Below, in pieces: positions 59,064 through 64,000 of a DNA stretch of 64,000 bases. The notes under the pieces were generated by a model. That model was not told the origin of the DNA. It ran no database searches and saw only the letters and a program-made list of their open reading frames with translations. Source of the stretch: Calditrichia bacterium (GTDB lineage Bacteria; Calditrichota; Calditrichia; JAJRVZ01). Location of the stretch: assembly GCA_963796965.1 (NCBI GenBank), contig CAWCNS010000011.1:416001-480000 (forward strand), written 5' to 3'. Positions within the stretch are counted from its first letter, which is position 1. Each line of letters begins with the position of its first letter. The position numbers and the translations under genes are program-made.

Positions 59064-59974
59064 TTATGTCCTATTAATCTCAGAAATCACAGATCCAGAC
59101 ACTGCTTCCTCAGCATGATATGAACTTCTGACCAAAGGTCCTGATTCCACATGGGTGAAACCCATTTCGAAACCCAGTTCCTTCAGATCTGCAAACTCTT
59201 CAGGTCGATAATAGCGTTGAAGTGGATAATGTGCTTTGGTAGGTGGAAGATATTGTCCAATGGTCAAAATTTCGCAACCAACTTCACGTATATCAGTCAG
59301 AACTTCAGCAATTTCATCAAACGTCTCACCGACGCCAACCATAATTCCGGATTTGGTCACGGCTCCTTCCTCTTTTGCCCACTTTAATATTTGTAACGAT
59401 CTCTCATAATTGGCCTGGACACGTAAATCTTTCTGAAGTCTTTTTACCGTCTCTAAATTATGATTGAGAATATCCGGTTTTGAATTGAGAACAATATTAA
59501 GACTTTCCCGATCACCTTTTAAATCAGAAATTAAAGCCTCGACTGTACAATCCGGTTGGACCCGTTTTATCTCCCGTACGGTCTCCGCCACAATAAATGC
59601 ACCACCATCTTTTAAATCATCCCTGGCGACCATGGTTAGAACAGCATGTTTCAATCTCATTTTCATGGCAGCTTCAGCGATTCGCTTAGGTTCCTCCGGG
59701 TCATAGTGGTGCGGTTTGCCCACTTTTATATTACAAAATGTGCATGAACGTGTGCAGACATCCCCAAGAAGCATAAAGGTAGCCGTCCCTCTGGACCAGC
59801 ATTCTCCCAGGTTTGGGCAACGGGCGCTTTCACAAACGGTATGGAGGTCTTTTTATCAATAAGATGGCGAACATCACTAAAGGTACGCCCCGAACCCAGA
59901 CGTACACGCAACCATTCAGGCCGGCGTAGTGATTCATTCTGTACAATATTTAATGGATTTGTTTTTGATGGCAT
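59064..59974 (-). CDS. lipA: Lipoyl synthase (apparent frameshift ~59850)
   Basis: RPEWL, LHTVCESARCPN (after the shift), CTRSCTFC, NHNLETV, TIGQYL and GPLVRSSYHA. Confidence 0.95.
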
Positions 59975-60267
59975 TTGTATTATGTATAATCCTGAATAGT
60001 CTTTTCACGCAAAGCCGCGAAGACGCAAAGATCACAGAGTTTTTAATAATTATATTATTTTATACGATTTTCTTTAGTTTTTATCAATATACCTTCAATT
60101 TGATGTCAATATTTAGCGACTTCGTGACGGTCTTTGCGTGAGATATTCAACTCTTATCAGAAGAATCAACTATTTCCATCTATAAAAATTCGATTTTATG
60201 CTTGTAGATTATCCAATTTTCAACTATTCAATTTTCAATTATTTAATGGCCAGTGGCCAATTTTTAA

Positions 60268-61264
60268 TTAAAATCTGATAAGGGCTGAGGCCCAGGTAAA
60301 TCCGCTTCCAAAAGCGGCCAGGCAGACAAGAGAGCCCTCTTTAATTTTACCTTCTTCGATTGCCTCACTCATGGCAATCGGGATTGAGGCGGCGGTGGTA
60401 TTTCCATATTTTGCCACATTACTATAGACCTTGTCTTCGGTCAGTTCTAGTTTCATCCTAACCGCATCAGTTATTCGTTGGTTCGCCTGATGAGGAATGA
60501 CCAAATCCACTTCACTTTTTTCCACTCCGGCAGCCTCAAGTGCTTCCCAAATAACCTCAGGAAACCTGGTTACAGCATTTTTAAATACATGGCGTCCATT
60601 CATATAAGGATAGAGCACCAGGTTCATCAACCATCTCGTGAGTTATCATCGGATTTCGGCAACTCCCAGGTAGTTCCTGCCATAATTCTTTTGAATAGCG
60701 TCCATCTGCATGCATATGTGTAGTGAGAATACCTTTATTTTCATCGTCTGTTCGAGACACGACCACTGCTCCGGCACCATCACCAAAGATTACGGCAACA
60801 TCACGGCCTTCCGTTGTTTTATTAAGACCGCGCGACTGAACCTCTGAGCCGACCAATAATATATTTTTATACATACCGGTTTTTATAAATTGATCCGCAA
60901 CGGATAAACCATAGACAAAACCGCTACATTGGTTGCGAATGTCAAGCGCTCCGATAGTAGCCAATTCAAGTTTCTCCGACAACAAACAACCTGTACCGGG
61001 TAAATAATGCTCAGGACTCAATGTGGCAAATACAATAAAATCAATATCTTGCGGGATTAGACCTGCGTTTTCAATGGCTATTCTGGAAGCTCGTTCAGCC
61101 AGATCAACATTGTTATCTTTATCATCAATCCAGCGTCTTTCTTTAATACCCGTGCGCTCCTGAATCCACTCATCTGAAGTATCCATCAATTTTTGTAAAT
61201 CAAAATTCGTGACAACACGTTCTGGTACATAATGACCAACACCGGATATTTTTGCTCTATACAT
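60268..61264 (-). CDS. fabH: 3-oxoacyl-ACP synthase III (apparent frameshift ~60615)
   Basis: DTSDEWIQERTGI, QCSGF, FGDGAGA, PHQAN, YGNTTAAS and FGSGFTW. Confidence 0.95.
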
Positions 61265-61554
61265 ATGTTCCTCTCATTAATATTAAGTTACAATAATTGC
61301 CAAAATATACGGGTAAAGCAGATTATTTCAAAACAATATTGGCGACTTTTAGTCCCCTACCTAGACCCGGAAATTCTCTGGATTAAAATCAAATATTAAA
61401 CACAAAGATCTCAATCAGACATTAGGATTTGGTCGTTCTTGTAACAAATATGTTAGATAAAATATCATGTGTGTGCGGTTAAAAAATACAATCAATGATT
61501 TAAGTAAATAACTCATTCCAAACCCCTTCTTTTGAAGAAGAGAAGGGGCTCCTT

Positions 61555-61627
61555 AAAGTCCCTCTCTTTTCAAGAGAAGGATTTTCCCGAAAGGGATGCC
61601 TTCGGCAAGGGTGAGTTCTTTAAATCA
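61555..61627. repeat. Palindromic intergenic element; inverted copy of 38325..38408
   Basis: Reverse complement shares both ends with 38325..38408; internal CCGAAAGGGATGCCTTCGG hairpin. Confidence 0.75.
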
Positions 61628-61657
61628 AATTACACCGAGGAGGACAGAAAATTAATA

Positions 61658-62074
61658 TCAGGCTGGTACCTTGAGGGAGACATCTACATTTTTATCCCTG
61701 CCATTATGCCACTTTTTATATAGCCATGAAAAAATTACAATACCCAGAACATCAGCCAGAAAATCATAGATATCTGCATAGCGTCCAGGCACCCATAATT
61801 GATGAATTTCATCAGACGCTGCATAGATAAAACAAATGAAGAGTGTTATGTGGAAATATTTTTGCTGACGTTCCCGATTCTGAGAATGATGGACACCCCG
61901 GGCAACTAACCACCCTAATAAACCAAACACGCTAAAATGAAGAATTTTATCTGACCAGGTAACACCCAAATCAGGGATTTCTAATTGGCTCATTGATGAT
62001 TGGACAAAAATAGCCAACATCAATACCTGCCAGGGTAATTGATATATCAAATAATTTTTTAATTTCGAATTCAA
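61658..62074 (-). CDS. VanZ-family membrane protein
   Basis: SDKILHF, DEIHQLWVPGR and DFLADVLG motifs. Confidence 0.85.
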   Translation of the reverse strand: MNSKLKNYLIYQLPWQVLMLAIFVQSSMSQLEIPDLGVTWSDKILHFSVFGLLGWLVARGVHHSQNRERQQKYFHITLFICFIYAASDEIHQLWVPGRYADIYDFLADVLGIVIFSWLYKKWHNGRDKNVDVSLKVPA

Positions 62075-62717
62075 TTTAAGTTCTACTTTCTACTTTTTTT
62101 TGGTTTTTCTCTGCCCTTCAATGGAGGATCAACTGAACCTGTTGAATAGTTGTGAATTTCTTTTTAACCACAAAGTGCACCAAGAATGCACAAAGTAAAA
62201 TGGTAATTAAGTATTTAGAATTAACAGTCTATAAATTGGAAAATGTAATAAGAATGGATTTAATCTATCGATATTCTAACCATATTCTTAATTCGTAATC
62301 ATTAATTCTTAATTTCATTGCGGCCTCTACCAAACGCACTCCTTTGGGGGTGCCTATTTTGAGAAATCTGTGGTGTAGAATTGCACAATTCTGACCATAA
62401 TTCAAATAAATCGGCCAAAACTTAGATATATCGTTTGAAAAAACAAAAATATTTAAATTTTGCTATCTTTAAAAGTGACTCAGATCACGTTAATATTTAT
62501 GGGCGGAATAGTTAAATAAATCATTTCGTTGACGATAATATAAATTGAAAGAAATTTATGAGTTAATTATATTAATACCATTAATAAGTGATAACTTAGG
62601 GTAAGAAGATCTATATAGACTGTTTATATCTCTGATTATTAAGCGTTTACAGCTTTTCGGTTTCAAATAGATAGATACTAAAGTAAAACCAATAACCAGA
62701 TTGATAGAATTCGACAA

Positions 62718-63140
62718 ATGGGCGAAATAAAGAAAAAAAAGTTTAAACTGGAGTTTTTCAGCGATACAAAATATTTAGAAAAGGTTGAGAGACTAAGTAC
62801 AAAAGTGGCCGGATACGCCCTTCTCAGTGAGAGCGAAAATGATGATCTTGGCATCGTAACCACTGAACTCGTCAATAATGCCATTCATCATGGTAATAAA
62901 AATGATCCTACAAAAAAAGTAAAAATTGTATTCACTGTTGATAGTGACAAACTTGAGCTGAGAATATTTGATGAAGGAAAAGGTTTTGATCCGGAAAAAT
63001 TAAAAGATCCGCTTGCGCCAGAGAATCTCTTTAGTGAGAGTGGCAGAGGCATCTTCCTTATAAAAAATCTTATGGACAGTCTTGACTTCGAATTCACTGA
63101 CTCAGGAACCCAAACGATTGTAACCAAAAACTTACACTAA
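62718..63140 (+). CDS. RsbW-like anti-sigma factor / Ser kinase
   Basis: TELVNNAIHHG, DEGKGFDP and SESGRGIFL motifs. Confidence 0.9.
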   Translation: MGEIKKKKFKLEFFSDTKYLEKVERLSTKVAGYALLSESENDDLGIVTTELVNNAIHHGNKNDPTKKVKIVFTVDSDKLELRIFDEGKGFDPEKLKDPLAPENLFSESGRGIFLIKNLMDSLDFEFTDSGTQTIVTKNLH

Positions 63141-63521
63141 TACCTACCGATCATCATCGCAAAGAACTCTCTGAGAAAGCTACCCAAACAATAATACATT
63201 TTAAATGTCCCTGAATTAATCATTTATTATAAAAGTTTAATCTATTGGCGCTGAATCATTAAATTGAAAAGACAAATATGAATTCCTTTTCAAGCAAAGA
63301 TGCTAAGTCGCAAAGTTTGTTTAAGAATTAGGAAAAAGGAAAAAAGACAAAAATAATTAATTTTCAATGATCTTTTTATAACCCCAAGAGTCTGATTATA
63401 TAGATTAGACTTTTAATAGTTCTTTTGTCATTTTTCTTTTGTCTTTAATCTTAATAACTTGCATCGCTGCGTGAAATAAATTAATTATAGTTTAATTAAA
63501 ATTCTTTTTACACAGTTCGAA

Positions 63522-64000
63522 ATGAAAGAACAAAAAACAGTTGTTGTTGCCATGAGCGGTGGCGTAGATAGTTCTGTTGCCGCCCTTCTCCTCCATGAGC
63601 AGGGTTATAGAATAATTGGCATCACAATGAAATTATGGGACTATGAAGAAGTTGGTGGAAACATCAATCAGGAGAGTGGTTGCTGTTCCTTATCCTCCTT
63701 TAATGATGCAAGGGAGATTTGCGTCTCCATGGGAGTACCCCATTATATTCTAAATTTTAGCCGGGAATTCCATAAGGAAGTGGTTGAAGATTTTATCGAT
63801 GAATACCTTGCCGGCAGAACGCCTAATCCCTGCGTACAATGTAATACCAAAATAAAGTGGAAAACTCTCGTAGAAAAAGCAGAGGAGCCTGGTGCAGATT
63901 ATATTGCCACAGGACATTACGCCCGTACGATGTTTAATACTTCAACAAATCGATATGAATTGCATAAGGCTAAAGACAGGAAAAAAGACCAATCGTATGC
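63522..64000 (+). CDS. mnmA: tRNA 2-thiouridine(34) synthase, 3'-truncated by the window edge
   Basis: Manual translation: VVVAMSGGVDSSVAA, SGCC, GRTPNPCVQCN, IATGHYAR, KDQS. Confidence 0.96.
   Translation, partial: MKEQKTVVVAMSGGVDSSVAALLLHEQGYRIIGITMKLWDYEEVGGNINQESGCCSLSSFNDAREICVSMGVPHYILNFSREFHKEVVEDFIDEYLAGRTPNPCVQCNTKIKWKTLVEKAEEPGADYIATGHYARTMFNTSTNRYELHKAKDRKKDQSY

Noticed and set aside
59820..60640. Programmed frameshifting or phase variation in lipA and fabH
   Set aside because: No long slippery tracts; the same indel pattern affects many unrelated genes

Overview
Low-GC bacterial chromosomal window with no rRNA, tRNA, CRISPR array or transposase. Gene content (many outer-membrane barrels, a carboxypeptidase-regulatory-domain TonB receptor, kinase-TolB-TPR proteins) suggests an FCB-group organism such as Calditrichota or KSB1; this is inference. 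At least 15 genes, including lipA and fabH, are split by 1-bp indels, most likely uncorrected long-read errors. Left to right: a sugar/uronate catabolic cluster (SSS transporter, GH88-like hydrolase, TIM-barrel isomerase, Gfo/Idh/MocA, SDR); an array of outer-membrane barrels with nhaA and a duplicated DUF4136-lipoprotein/barrel pair; a putative phospholipid head-group operon; an MscS channel and hybrid histidine kinase; a two-gene operon of unknown function with a sigma54-type promoter; peptidases; a ~23 kb minus-strand signalling supercluster (2 GAF-PP2C phosphatases, RsbW-like kinase, 3 STAS proteins, 2 Ser/Thr kinase-TPR proteins, TonB receptor, ECF sigma/anti-sigma); then lipA, fabH, a VanZ-family gene, a second RsbW-like gene and partial mnmA. 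The best candidate for an undescribed system lies directly downstream of the ECF sigma/anti-sigma pair: a membrane-anchored protein of ~26-28 tandem 9-aa repeats (consensus AMKNEAFRN), then a ~980-aa HExxH metallopeptidase/beta-propeller/putative outer-membrane barrel fusion, then a translationally coupled PrsW-family protease. Intergenic DNA is dense with several families of small palindromic or 7-/9-mer repeat elements, some nested.
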